The notes under the pieces were generated by a model. That model was given only the letters and a program-made list of their open reading frames with translations, did no database searches and was not told the origin of the DNA. The position numbers and the translations under genes are program-made. A stretch of 44,635 nucleotides of DNA from Promethearchaeota archaeon. Its GTDB lineage: Archaea; Asgardarchaeota; Lokiarchaeia; Sigyniarchaeales; SOKP01. The stretch spans positions 1 to 44,635 of the forward strand of contig SDNY01000014.1 in NCBI GenBank assembly GCA_004524535.1, read 5' to 3'. Positions 1 to 9,232 of this stretch are shown one piece after another (the stretch's first letter is position 1; every line of letters begins with the position of its first letter).

Positions 1-354
1 CCTCCCATTTCAGACATAACAGTAGAGGAGTTATATGAAAGACTTAATTCAGAAGACAAACCAGCGGTTTTGATAGATGTCCGAACACCTGAAGAATATA
101 ATGGTGTGGGAGGTCATATTGTAGAAGCGAAGTTAATTCCATTGGGAGACCTTATGTCAAATCTTAATATGGTTGAAGATTATAAAAATGATGAGATTGT
201 GCTAATTTGTCATAGTGGAGCTCGTTCTATGATGGCAGCGAGATTATTAGCCCAAGCTGGATTTAAGGATCTTCGAAATCTATCAGGTGGAATGCTAAAT
301 TGGCATAAAAAAGGTTATCCTACAAATAAGAGAAACCTGAATAATCCATCTTAA
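1..354 (+). CDS. Rhodanese-like domain protein (sulfurtransferase), 5'-truncated by window edge
   Basis: Frame is open from base 1 (PPISDITVEELYERLN...LIDVRTPEEY), so the TTG at 70 is internal. Shows DVR..EY...HI, active-site loop CHSGARS and C-terminal LSGGMLNW. Confidence 0.85.
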   Translation, partial: PPISDITVEELYERLNSEDKPAVLIDVRTPEEYNGVGGHIVEAKLIPLGDLMSNLNMVEDYKNDEIVLICHSGARSMMAARLLAQAGFKDLRNLSGGMLNWHKKGYPTNKRNLNNPS

Positions 355-377
355 TTAAAAAAAAATAAAGAAGAAAA

Positions 378-881
378 TTATTCTATTTTTTTAAATACTT
401 TCTTTGGAGCACCACAAACAGGACATTTATCTGGCAGGGGTCCTTCATGAGTATAACCACAAACAGGACAAATATGGATATCTTGTTTTTTTAAATCTTT
501 ACCGCTTTCTACTGTTTTTACTGCATTTTCATATAGCTTATGGTGGATTTTTTCAACTTCATTTGCGAAATTGAAAGTTCTTTCAGCAGCCTTATTGCCT
601 TTTGCTTTAGCAGCTTCAATAAATTCGGGATACATTGAAGTAAATTCATAATTTTCTCCCTCAACTGCGGCTTTTAGATTTTCTATAGTTGATTTAACAC
701 CTCCTAATACTTTTAAATGATTATGAGCGTGTACCGTCTCAGCTGCGGCAGCAGCCCGGAATAATTTCGCCACTTGAGGAAATCCATCTTTATCTGCTTT
801 TTCTGCAAAGGCTAAATACTTTCTATTTGCTTGGCTCTCACCTGCAAATGCTTCTTTTAAGCCTTCTTCTACTGTTGGCAT
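378..881 (-). CDS. rbr: Rubrerythrin
   Basis: AFAGESQANRKYLAFA, ETVHA and EKIHH di-iron motifs; C-terminal CPVCGY...CPVCG; RBS AGGTGA 4 nt before ATG. Confidence 0.95.
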   Translation of the reverse strand: MPTVEEGLKEAFAGESQANRKYLAFAEKADKDGFPQVAKLFRAAAAAETVHAHNHLKVLGGVKSTIENLKAAVEGENYEFTSMYPEFIEAAKAKGNKAAERTFNFANEVEKIHHKLYENAVKTVESGKDLKKQDIHICPVCGYTHEGPLPDKCPVCGAPKKVFKKIE

Positions 882-996
882 AATTTCACCTTAATAAATA
901 GTAAATAGTTATTTAAATTCATTTATTTAATTATTTCAATTTGAGTATTATGAATTATAAATTCTAAGTCTGAGAATTAATTGAAAAATAAATTCT

Positions 997-1365
997 TTAA
1001 CTTTTCTCTTTATAAATTATATTATCCTTTTTCAATATAATGAATTTATCCTTTAAATCTTTGAAATTCAACGATTTAAGACATTTTTCAAAAATAGGAA
1101 GCACATTTTCATCAATTAAAGGATGAATATCAATAATAATTAAGAAATTATCAATCTCGTGCTTAAAATAGATGAAATCTTTATCATATGAGATAAGTAT
1201 CCTATTTTTTAACCTTGCTAATTCCATTAATTCACTATTTTTTGTCCCTCTCTTATTTAACTCTTGGACTGTAACGACATCGTGTCCTTTTGTAATTAAT
1301 AACCGCCCAAGATTATTAGATACATTCTCATCTAATAAAAATCTAAAACTAGGCGATGGGGGCAC
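997..1365 (-). CDS. DUF5615 / PIN-like toxin (VapC45-like)
   Basis: FRFLLDENV...GHDV...RILISYDKDF motifs. Probable start is the GTG at 1365, overlapping the DUF433 stop; the ORF-track extension to 1446 is likely spurious. Confidence 0.8.
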   Translation of the reverse strand: MPPSPSFRFLLDENVSNNLGRLLITKGHDVVTVQELNKRGTKNSELMELARLKNRILISYDKDFIYFKHEIDNFLIIIDIHPLIDENVLPIFEKCLKSLNFKDLKDKFIILKKDNIIYKEKS

Positions 1366-1576
1366 TGCCCTCTTCCTCGAGGAGCTTTCTTGCATATCTA
1401 ATTGAGGCTGAAATATCTTTATTGGATAAAATTGGATATGCTTCAATTATCTCCTCGAAACTTTTACCTGCCTCTAACCATTCGAGAATTATTGAAATCA
1501 TTATCCTCGTTCCTTTAATACGAGGTTTCCCGTGACATATTTCTGGATTTATTTCAATCCGTTCTTCATCAATCAT
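1349..1576 (-). CDS. DUF433 antitoxin (VapB45-like)
   Basis: IEINPEICHGKPRIKGTRI...G.SFEEIIEAYP.L...DI.A...YA signature; directly upstream of the PIN-like gene. Confidence 0.9.
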   Translation of the reverse strand: MIDEERIEINPEICHGKPRIKGTRIMISIILEWLEAGKSFEEIIEAYPILSNKDISASIRYARKLLEEEGSAPIA

Positions 1577-1821
1577 CTTTTTGAAATCACTTTTAAAATC
1601 TAAATAAAACTTTTCTCTTTATTTAATATATAATCAAATCTTAATTAATAATTATCTGTCTTAATCTTATTGTAAGTCTCTGTGAAACAACCTTTTTATA
1701 ATCTTTAATCAACCCAATGCAAAATGAATACAAGAGAAAAAATGCGATTAAATTCAGAATTACAGAAAAAGATAAAAATATTTTTAAATATAATAAATTG
1801 ACAAATGAAAAAGGTGAAATT

Positions 1822-2412
1822 ATGAAAGAGACACCAAAAAAATTATTTACCGCATATGTAGGAGAATCACAAGCGAGAAATCGATATACATTTTGGGCAA
1901 AAGCCGCTAAAAAAGAAGGTTATGCTCTAATTTCCTCCGTATTTCTGGAAACTGCTAATCAGGAGTTGCAGCATGGGACTTGGTTTTATAAAATGCTCCA
2001 AGACTTCAAAAAGAAGGAGAAATTTGACGATATGAAAGTACTACCGGATGCGGAATTTCATACGACTTTAGGAAATACCATTGAAAATTTAACCTCCGCA
2101 AAAGCCGGAGAAGATTTGGAATGGCAAACACTCTATCCAGATATTGTAGAAACAGCAGAGAAAGAGGGGTATCCCAAGATTGCTGAGAGAGTGAAAGCAA
2201 TAATAATTGCTGAAAAACATCATGCGGAAAGGTATGGAAAATTATTAAAGTTAGTAGGAGATGATGCGTTCTTCAAGCGTGGCAAAAAGATTGTCTGGGT
2301 ATGTATGGAATGCGGATATGAAGTAGAGATGGACGAATTACCTAAAAATTGGAAATGTCCTTCTTGTGATCATCCAAGGGCAAATTTTAGAATAAAATGT
2401 GAAGAATTCTAA
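1822..2412 (+). CDS. rbr: Rubrerythrin family protein
   Basis: AYVGESQARNRYTFWA, ELQH and EKHH motifs; C-terminal CMECGY...CPSCDHP. Start moved to the ATG at 1822 behind AGGTGA. Confidence 0.92.
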   Translation: MKETPKKLFTAYVGESQARNRYTFWAKAAKKEGYALISSVFLETANQELQHGTWFYKMLQDFKKKEKFDDMKVLPDAEFHTTLGNTIENLTSAKAGEDLEWQTLYPDIVETAEKEGYPKIAERVKAIIIAEKHHAERYGKLLKLVGDDAFFKRGKKIVWVCMECGYEVEMDELPKNWKCPSCDHPRANFRIKCEEF

Positions 2413-2483
2413 TATTTTAAAAAGACAATCATTAAATACCAATCTAACTAATAAAGCAATAGACTAAACTTAAGTGAAAAAAA

Positions 2484-2873
2484 ATGAACCAAAAAGAAAT
2501 ATGGAAATGTAATGTATGCGGAAAAACTTTAGAAATATTAAATCCTGGTGCTCCAACACAAATTTGTTGTGGCCAAGAAATGCAACTAATGGAGGAACAA
2601 ACTGCAGATTGGAAAGGAGAGAAGCATGTTCCTAAAATAACTATTGATGGAAACAATGTAACCGTTGATGTGGGAATTAGTATAAATATGGCACACCCTA
2701 TGACGAAGGAACATTGGATCATGTGGATAGAATTAAACTGTAAGGATAACTGCTATAAGAGAAAATTTTTAAAACCAGGGGACGAGCCAAAAGCTACTTT
2801 TGTTGTAGCGTCAACTGAAGGAATATGGGCTCGAGAATATTGTAATCTTCATGGCTTATGGAAATCATCGTAG
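2484..2873 (+). CDS. dfx: Desulfoferrodoxin (class I superoxide reductase)
   Basis: N-terminal CNVCG...CCGQEM desulforedoxin site; EKHVP, HPM...HWI and YCNLHGLW catalytic-site motifs. Confidence 0.93.
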   Translation: MNQKEIWKCNVCGKTLEILNPGAPTQICCGQEMQLMEEQTADWKGEKHVPKITIDGNNVTVDVGISINMAHPMTKEHWIMWIELNCKDNCYKRKFLKPGDEPKATFVVASTEGIWAREYCNLHGLWKSS

Positions 2874-2902
2874 GATTGTTAAAAATTTAAGTTAAATTAA
2901 TC

Positions 2903-2911
2903 TTTTTTTTT
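2903..2911 (+). terminator. Oligo-T archaeal terminator after dfx
   Basis: T9 run about 30 nt after the stop codon. Confidence 0.5.
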
Positions 2912-2974
2912 ATCAATATAATTTTGTTCAAAATTTTTATTTATAATAATTATAATTTAGAATTAAGTTAAGAT

Positions 2975-4333
2975 ATGATTCTTCTTTTACCAATCATCGT
3001 GATCGCTTGCTTTTCAATGGTCATTATCGCCTTGTTTCGTGAAAGGACTGATTTCTTGACCTATAGCGTGTTAGCTATGTTCATTGCTGTTGTCGCGACA
3101 TTTATTTTCTTACCAAAAGCAATTACGGTTGAAGGTTTGATTTTAGCCATTGAATGGGAAGTTGTCTTTTTCCTGATTGCAGTCTTTACGATAGTTGAAG
3201 TTTTGGAGGACAAAAGAATTTTTGAAGAATTAGCCCTTAGAATCACGAATAAGTTTCATACCAACACGCGAAAATTCTTCTGGGTAATGTGTTTAATATC
3301 AACATTATGTGCAGCATTCATTGAAGATATTTCTGTAGCCGTAATCTTCATTCCGATGATTATTCATACGTGCAATAAAATGCATATTAATCCCACACCT
3401 TTTCTCTTGGGTACAACTATTTGCATCAATTTAGCAGCGACACTTACTCCTTTTGGTTCTTCACAAAATATATTAATTAGCGCGGAATTTGACTTAACAG
3501 CTACTTGGTTTATTATAAATTTAGGGCTTTACTTTGTAATTTCGACTTTAGTGACATTATTATTATTAGATTATTTCGTCCTAAGAAAATCATTAAAAAG
3601 AATTTGGCTACCTCATTGTACAATCAATGAAGAACCATATGAACAAAATTACATTCAGACTCATGAGCTAACTATCATGGAAGAGCACATTGATAAAAGA
3701 GTCTACAATAAAAATATGGCTGCCTTATTCGTCTTTATCATTCTTTTATTTATCATTCCAAATATCTTATTTGTTGGAATATTTGCAGGCTTGATGTTTG
3801 TTCTAATTAATCCGCGAAAAGATGCTTCTGGTAAAAAACGCCCTTCAATTTCTTATTATTTTACTAAAGTTGATTATAAGTTAGTCTTTTTCTTTATATG
3901 TTTATTTATATTAGTGTTTTGCATGGAATTAAATGGCACTATTAGGCTATTAGAGGATATTATCATAAGTTTCTCCATAAATGATTTATTTATAATGTGT
4001 CTCTTTATTTTGATAGCAACTTCTCTTTTATCAGGTCTTTTGGATAACGTTCCCATAACTGTTATATTTATCCCGATAATTACCGTTATGATAACCGAAT
4101 TAGGCTTTCCAGCCACACCGTTACTAATAGCTTTTATTTTAGGGATTAATTTAGGAGGGAATTTTTTACCCCAAGGAGCTGCCTGCGATATGTTAACTCT
4201 GGAAATAAGTAAAAAGAATCACATTCATGATATGAATTATAATAAGCTGCTAAAAATAGGAGGGCTTTTTGCATTACTCCATGTCTTAATAGGCATTATT
4301 TATCTCTGGTTTTACATCTATGTGATTTTATAA
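2975..4333 (+). CDS. SLC13/ArsB/NhaD-type ion transporter superfamily permease
   Basis: Many hydrophobic segments; two internal repeats SAFIEDI...TLTPFGSSQN and SGLLDNVP...NLGGNFLPQGAA. Confidence 0.85.
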   Translation: MILLLPIIVIACFSMVIIALFRERTDFLTYSVLAMFIAVVATFIFLPKAITVEGLILAIEWEVVFFLIAVFTIVEVLEDKRIFEELALRITNKFHTNTRKFFWVMCLISTLCAAFIEDISVAVIFIPMIIHTCNKMHINPTPFLLGTTICINLAATLTPFGSSQNILISAEFDLTATWFIINLGLYFVISTLVTLLLLDYFVLRKSLKRIWLPHCTINEEPYEQNYIQTHELTIMEEHIDKRVYNKNMAALFVFIILLFIIPNILFVGIFAGLMFVLINPRKDASGKKRPSISYYFTKVDYKLVFFFICLFILVFCMELNGTIRLLEDIIISFSINDLFIMCLFILIATSLLSGLLDNVPITVIFIPIITVMITELGFPATPLLIAFILGINLGGNFLPQGAACDMLTLEISKKNHIHDMNYNKLLKIGGLFALLHVLIGIIYLWFYIYVIL

Positions 4334-4517
4334 CTCTATTAATTTAGAAAAAGTTATCATATATCAAAAATCTTGGAATTTCTTTGAAAGAGGTTATCTT
4401 TATTTTATACCTTAAAAATGCTGTGATATTCCAAATTAAGGGATTCATATAAATAAGATAGATTGTTTAATCAAATAGAAAATTTTTTCATAAGGACAAG
4501 TTGAGGTACTTCTATAA

Positions 4518-4964
4518 TTGTTTTTTCGAAAGTTAAATAATTCTGATTTATGGAATAAGATAAAAATTTTAAGAGAATACATTAAAGAATTAGGATCTGG
4601 ATTTAAGGAAAGAACTTGTTGGTCTTGTGGAAAATCTTTAAATATATATGATTTTCTTTCAGATAATTTGGAATTTTCGCCCGAACATATTCTGGAACTA
4701 TGGGAAAATCCTATTTTAGAATTCCATTGCTGTGAATGCTTTAAATATTTAAAAAGAGATGAGCTAAGTAATGTTGAACTTCAAAATACAAAAAGATATT
4801 GTAAAAATTGTCATAAACTCATGAATATATATCAATTTGCCAGAAGTTACAATTATTTAAAAATAAATGAACTAAAGGATGTTTGGTTAAATGAGAATTC
4901 TGTTATTTTTTGCAGTGGTTTCTGCGAAAAATATTATTATCGAATAAAAAAAGAAAAAAAATAG
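4518..4964 (+). CDS. Hypothetical protein with two tandem Cys4 (zinc-finger-like) repeats
   Basis: Repeats CWSC..LNIYDF..W..FHCCEC and CKNC..MNIYQF..W..FCSGFC; TTG start behind GAGGT. Confidence 0.7.
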   Translation: MFFRKLNNSDLWNKIKILREYIKELGSGFKERTCWSCGKSLNIYDFLSDNLEFSPEHILELWENPILEFHCCECFKYLKRDELSNVELQNTKRYCKNCHKLMNIYQFARSYNYLKINELKDVWLNENSVIFCSGFCEKYYYRIKKEKK

Positions 4965-4972
4965 ATGAAATA

Positions 4973-6157
4973 TTAATTTGTTTTTCTTGCCTTGCCTAAT
5001 TTAGGCATCGCATGCTCATATTGTTTCATAATGAATCTGGAGATTACAATTCTCTGAATTTCCGATGTTCCTTCGTAAATCTGATATAGCTTTGCGTCTC
5101 TAAACAGTTTTTCTACGGGATAAGTTCTAAGATATCCATATCCTCCAAAAATTTGTATTGCTTCAGTAGTAACATTCATTGCAACATCAGAAGCAAATGC
5201 CTTTGCGATTGCTGAACTTAAATTATTATCCATTCCTTGGTCAGCCTCCCAGGCTGCTTTATGTGTCAATAAACGGGCAGCTTCAATATCCTTATACATT
5301 TCAGCGATCTTGAATTGAATTGCTTGATATCTTTCGATGGGTCTTCCGAAGACTTCCCGTTTTTTTGCGTAATCAATTGAATATTCCATTGCTGACCGAG
5401 CACATCCTACTGCGAATGCACCAATTGCTGGCCGAGTGTGAGCAAAAGTTTGCATAGCCACTACAAACCCTCTCCCTGGTTTTGCCAAAACATTTTCCTT
5501 TTGTATTCTTACATCTTTTAACCCCACAGATACAGTATTTGAAGATCGTTGTCCTAACTTAGGAATATGTTTTCCCAATCTAACACCTTCAGTATCTGTC
5601 GGAACGATAAAGGCACATATTCCTCTATGCTTTTTTTCTGGATCAATAGTGGCAAAAACAGTAATATAATCAGCGTGACCTCCATTTGTAATCCAAAATT
5701 TTGTTCCATTTAAAATGAAATCATCACCATCTTTCCTAGCAAGACATTTCATTCCAGCTACATCAGATCCCATAGTTGGCTCAGAAGTAGCAAACGCTAT
5801 TAATTTAAAATTATTTATAAGTTCCCCTAAAATCCTCTGTTTTTGTTCCTCATTACCACCAATAATAATTGGTTCTGCACCTAAATTATTATCAAATATC
5901 GAAGTTGCAATACCTGGACAAGCAGAAGAGATTTCCTCAACAACAATGCATGCATCGAGTAAACCAAGTCCTAGACCACCATATTTCTTAGGAATCGCTA
6001 AATTCAATAACTTCGCATCATAGGCTTTTCTAATGACATCCATCGGAAATTCCTCACTTTCATCATATTTACTAGCAACAGGTAAGACTTCATTAATAGC
6101 GAATTCCCTTGACTTTTTTTGTAGAGCTTTTTGCTCTTCGGTTAGATTAAATTCCAT
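4973..6157 (-). CDS. Acyl-CoA dehydrogenase
   Basis: FATSEPTMGSD, LNGTKFWITNG, QIFGGYGY and QIYEGTSEIQR motifs. Confidence 0.95.
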   Translation of the reverse strand: MEFNLTEEQKALQKKSREFAINEVLPVASKYDESEEFPMDVIRKAYDAKLLNLAIPKKYGGLGLGLLDACIVVEEISSACPGIATSIFDNNLGAEPIIIGGNEEQKQRILGELINNFKLIAFATSEPTMGSDVAGMKCLARKDGDDFILNGTKFWITNGGHADYITVFATIDPEKKHRGICAFIVPTDTEGVRLGKHIPKLGQRSSNTVSVGLKDVRIQKENVLAKPGRGFVVAMQTFAHTRPAIGAFAVGCARSAMEYSIDYAKKREVFGRPIERYQAIQFKIAEMYKDIEAARLLTHKAAWEADQGMDNNLSSAIAKAFASDVAMNVTTEAIQIFGGYGYLRTYPVEKLFRDAKLYQIYEGTSEIQRIVISRFIMKQYEHAMPKLGKARKTN

Positions 6158-6223
6158 TTATATCTCCTTTTTTTCAATTAATTTATCTATAATATTTTTA
6201 AACTTAAGATTTTCAATCAACAT
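6158..6223 (-). other. Possible 21-aa mini-ORF between fprA and the acyl-CoA dehydrogenase gene
   Basis: AGGAGTGA, 5 nt, then ATG (MLIENLKFKNIIDKLIEKKEI); its TAA abuts the dehydrogenase ATG. Confidence 0.3.
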
Positions 6224-6239
6224 GATTTTCACTCCTGAT

Positions 6240-7481
6240 TTAATAATCCTCATCCTTAATTTTAGTAGGTATTTCTTTAACTTGTCGAGCAAGTTCAGCT
6301 GCAAGAGCTTCACCTTTTTTTTGTATCTCGCTTTTAGGATATCCTCGAAAAACAACAGGTTCAAGAATATCCCATTTCATGTTCTTTGATAACTCATCAA
6401 AATCTTTTTGAGCACCTCCGCTCCATCCGTAAGACCCAAAAAATAAAACTTTCTTAAACCGCATTCGTTTTTTCTTTAATAAATCCAATAAATATTTCAT
6501 TGGAGGAAACATCTCATACTCATAAGTTGGTGTTCCTATAATTAATCCTGCAGATCTATACACATCCCCCAGAATAAAAGAAGGATCATCATTCGGAACT
6601 CTATAAATCTTAACAGGTACATTTTCGGAAGCAATACCTTTTAAAATACTACTCAACATTGCTCCAGTATTACCATACATACTTCCCCACACAACACATA
6701 TTTCAGGCTCCGCATAATCTTGATTATAATTCGCATAACGTATATATTTCTTGACTACAACCTCGGGCTTTCCTCTCCACACCAGACCATGGGAAGGAGC
6801 TATGGTTTTTATCTCAATATCTTTTAATGCATCAATTGCTTTTAAAACGCTTGTAGAAAACATAGCAACAATATTAGCATAATAACGTAGCATTTCTTCT
6901 TCCCAATATGGCTTATGATCATCTGGAGTCTCATCATCAAATATACTTCCCTTATGGACTCCATAGGCACCAAAGGCATCACTTGAAAAAAGTGTTTTAG
7001 TACTTTTCTCATAAGTAACCATTGTTTCAGGCCAGTGTACATTTGGAATTTCAGCAAACATAAATTCCTTCCCCCGTCCAAGGTCAAGTGTATCTCCTGT
7101 TTTTACTGTTTTAACATTATTTTTAATTTCATAAAATCCATCAACTAATTCCGCTCCCTTTGGAGTAGCGATAATTTCAGCATTGGGAGCTAGTTTATGG
7201 AGCATATATGTAAATCCTGTGTGATCAGGTTCGAGATGATTTAAAATGATATAATCAATATCTTTCACATCTACCGGAATGGATTTCATACTCTCAAGGA
7301 GTATATGATGTGCCCCTGCCCATTCACGAACTAATTCGATGATCGCAATTTTATCTCCTTTAACAATATAAGAATTTAGTGCAACTCCTTTTGGAATTGG
7401 CCAAATTCCCTCAAATAAGTCTTCGGTATGTATATTTGCTCCAATCCAATAAATGCCATCAGCTATTTTTATTGCTTGCAT
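6240..7481 (-). CDS. fprA: Flavodiiron protein (FprA, O2/NO reductase, class A)
   Basis: NHLEPDH, HWPE, LFSSDAFG and PSHG di-iron ligands; flavodoxin domain SMYGNT, GTPTY, FGSYGWSG. Confidence 0.95.
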   Translation of the reverse strand: MQAIKIADGIYWIGANIHTEDLFEGIWPIPKGVALNSYIVKGDKIAIIELVREWAGAHHILLESMKSIPVDVKDIDYIILNHLEPDHTGFTYMLHKLAPNAEIIATPKGAELVDGFYEIKNNVKTVKTGDTLDLGRGKEFMFAEIPNVHWPETMVTYEKSTKTLFSSDAFGAYGVHKGSIFDDETPDDHKPYWEEEMLRYYANIVAMFSTSVLKAIDALKDIEIKTIAPSHGLVWRGKPEVVVKKYIRYANYNQDYAEPEICVVWGSMYGNTGAMLSSILKGIASENVPVKIYRVPNDDPSFILGDVYRSAGLIIGTPTYEYEMFPPMKYLLDLLKKKRMRFKKVLFFGSYGWSGGAQKDFDELSKNMKWDILEPVVFRGYPKSEIQKKGEALAAELARQVKEIPTKIKDEDY

Positions 7482-7517
7482 TATTCATCACAATTTATAT
7501 AGGATTCTTTTTAATTA

Positions 7518-7543
7518 TTGTATATTAAAATTGTATATTAAAA
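7518..7543. repeat. Perfect 13-bp tandem repeat TTGTATATTAAAA x2 in the divergent fprA/osmC promoter region
   Basis: Copies at 7518-7530 and 7531-7543. Confidence 0.75.
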
Positions 7544-7664
7544 AGGGATTTAAATTTAATTTATATGAATTATAAATTCTTAAGTAAAATAATAATAAAA
7601 AATTATTTTTTGATAAGGAGAAATTATAATTTATTTAACCATTTATCAATAGAGGTAGATAATA

Positions 7665-8102
7665 ATGTCTGAAGAAGTAAAAACTAAAGTAGGTCTAAAA
7701 TTGGAAAAAGATATGATTTTCAAATGTGAAATGGGTGAAATGGCAGTAAAAGACTGCTATATCGATGAAACAAATCAAGAAGAGGTAGAAATGTGGGGTC
7801 CAAATCCATCTAGACTTCTCGGCATGGCTCTTTTAGGATGTTTAAGTGCAAGCTTTATTTTCTGTCTAAAAAAAAGAAATTTTTCAATTGATGATTTAAA
7901 AGCAGAAGCAGAAGTGATAATAGGAAGGAACGATAAAGGTTTTTTAAGAGTAAAAAAAGTAAATGTAGATATCGTTTCTAAAATTGATGAGCCTGCTGTG
8001 AGAAAAAGAGCAGAGCAATGTAAGAAGATGTTTGAAAGATATTGTACAGTTACCGCTGCCGTGAGAGAGGGAATTGAAGTTAATGTTGATCTTAAGTATT
8101 GA
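7665..8102 (+). CDS. OsmC/Ohr family protein
   Basis: GPNP..LL..AL.GC and later YCTV: the two-Cys OsmC pattern. Confidence 0.88.
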   Translation: MSEEVKTKVGLKLEKDMIFKCEMGEMAVKDCYIDETNQEEVEMWGPNPSRLLGMALLGCLSASFIFCLKKRNFSIDDLKAEAEVIIGRNDKGFLRVKKVNVDIVSKIDEPAVRKRAEQCKKMFERYCTVTAAVREGIEVNVDLKY

Positions 8103-8155
8103 AGGTAAATAATAAAACTAAAAAAAAGAAAGAAGAAAATAGATCTTATTAATTA

Positions 8156-8290
8156 TTAAATTTGTTCAAACATATCCTTTCCTACACCGCAGACTGGGCA
8201 AGTCCAATCGTCAGGTAAATCTTCAAATTTAGTTCCTTCGGCCTCCTCATCGTATATATATCCACAAGCGGTACATTCCCATTTTGCCAT
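8156..8290 (-). CDS. Rubredoxin (44 aa; absent from ORF track)
   Basis: Translated by hand: [44 protein letters not shown]; AGGTG RBS upstream. Confidence 0.95.
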   Translation of the reverse strand: MAKWECTACGYIYDEEAEGTKFEDLPDDWTCPVCGVGKDMFEQI

Positions 8291-8429
8291 ATTTTGCACC
8301 TAATATTTTAATTATATGGATTTTAATAACAAGAATATTAAAAAATTTAGTTCTATAATTTATAAAATCTTCTTATAATTAAATAAAAATTTATAGTTGA
8401 AACACATTATATGATTTGGAGATGATTTT

Positions 8430-8675
8430 ATGACTACTATACCTGTTAAAAAAGAACTTTTAGAGGAATTAGTTGATTTAAAATTAAAATTTTTAGATGA
8501 TGAGTCTGAAAAAATTCTGAATAAATGGAACTATAAAGCTCCCTTAAAGTTTCTTCAAGATGCAAAAGATGGTACAATTGAAGAAGCTGAAGATGATGCT
8601 ATAACATTAAAGCATCTCTTAGATCAACGAGAAGAACTACTAAATTTTAAAAAGGATTGGAATAATACAGAATAA
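8430..8675 (+). CDS. Small acidic helical protein, probable antitoxin (TumA-like)
   Basis: 81 aa; KFLQDAKDGTIEEAEDD resembles partners of DUF6516 toxins; lies 19 nt upstream of the TumE-like gene. Confidence 0.5.
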   Translation: MTTIPVKKELLEELVDLKLKFLDDESEKILNKWNYKAPLKFLQDAKDGTIEEAEDDAITLKHLLDQREELLNFKKDWNNTE

Positions 8676-8694
8676 AGTCTTATTTTCATGTTCT

Positions 8695-9084
8695 ATGTCA
8701 AGTTTAGAAAAATTAGTTAAAGCTAAATCAATACTTGAAAAAGAACTATCTATTCAAGTAAAAAATTTAAATTTTGAACCGAAATTGGCAAGAATCCATA
8801 TAATTTTAAGAGATAATATTCAGATTTTTGTACGTTATAACAATTATGAGGAGTATAGTTATAATATAATATTCTCAAAAAAAGAATTAGATCGATGTAG
8901 ATTTGATAATTATGATGATAAATGGGAAGTTGAGTCTAAAACTCACCATTTTCATCCCAGATCTGAACAGGAGGGATTTTCAAGCCTAATGATAGGAGAT
9001 CCTGAAATTGATATTCCTAATTTATGCAAATTAATTAAATCTGGAGCTTTATTAAACAAGGAATATAGATTTAAGATTAAATAA
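8695..9084 (+). CDS. DUF6516 / TumE-like putative toxin
   Basis: YSY...RFDN...THHFH motif pattern. Confidence 0.65.
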   Translation: MSSLEKLVKAKSILEKELSIQVKNLNFEPKLARIHIILRDNIQIFVRYNNYEEYSYNIIFSKKELDRCRFDNYDDKWEVESKTHHFHPRSEQEGFSSLMIGDPEIDIPNLCKLIKSGALLNKEYRFKIK

Positions 9085-9091
9085 TATAAAA

Positions 9092-9232
9092 TTAGTTCAG
9101 TTTTACAAACATATTCTTGTTGCATTTACATCGAGGACAGCGCCATTCTTTCTCATCTACATCTTCAAAACATTGCTTTTGCTCATCATCAATGTATAAA
9201 TAATTGCAACGTTTACATCTATATTTTGGAAT
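9092..9232 (-). CDS. Rubredoxin-like protein (46 aa) with apparent ATT start; absent from ORF track
   Basis: (I)PKYRCKRCNYLYIDDEQKQCFEDVDEKEWRCPRCKCNKNMFVKLN. GGAGGT at 9246-9241; in-frame TAA three codons upstream; no ATG/GTG/TTG available. Confidence 0.8.
   Translation of the reverse strand: MPKYRCKRCNYLYIDDEQKQCFEDVDEKEWRCPRCKCNKNMFVKLN

Noticed and set aside
1640-1780. Minus-strand hydrophobic frame (LSFSVILNLIAFFLLYSFCIGLIKDYKK...) resembling a transporter remnant
   Set aside because: No start or RBS; T-rich DNA yields such frames by chance.
1717-1821. 35-aa N-terminal extension of the second rubrerythrin
   Set aside because: AT-rich promoter-like sequence; the RBS and family alignment point to the ATG at 1822.
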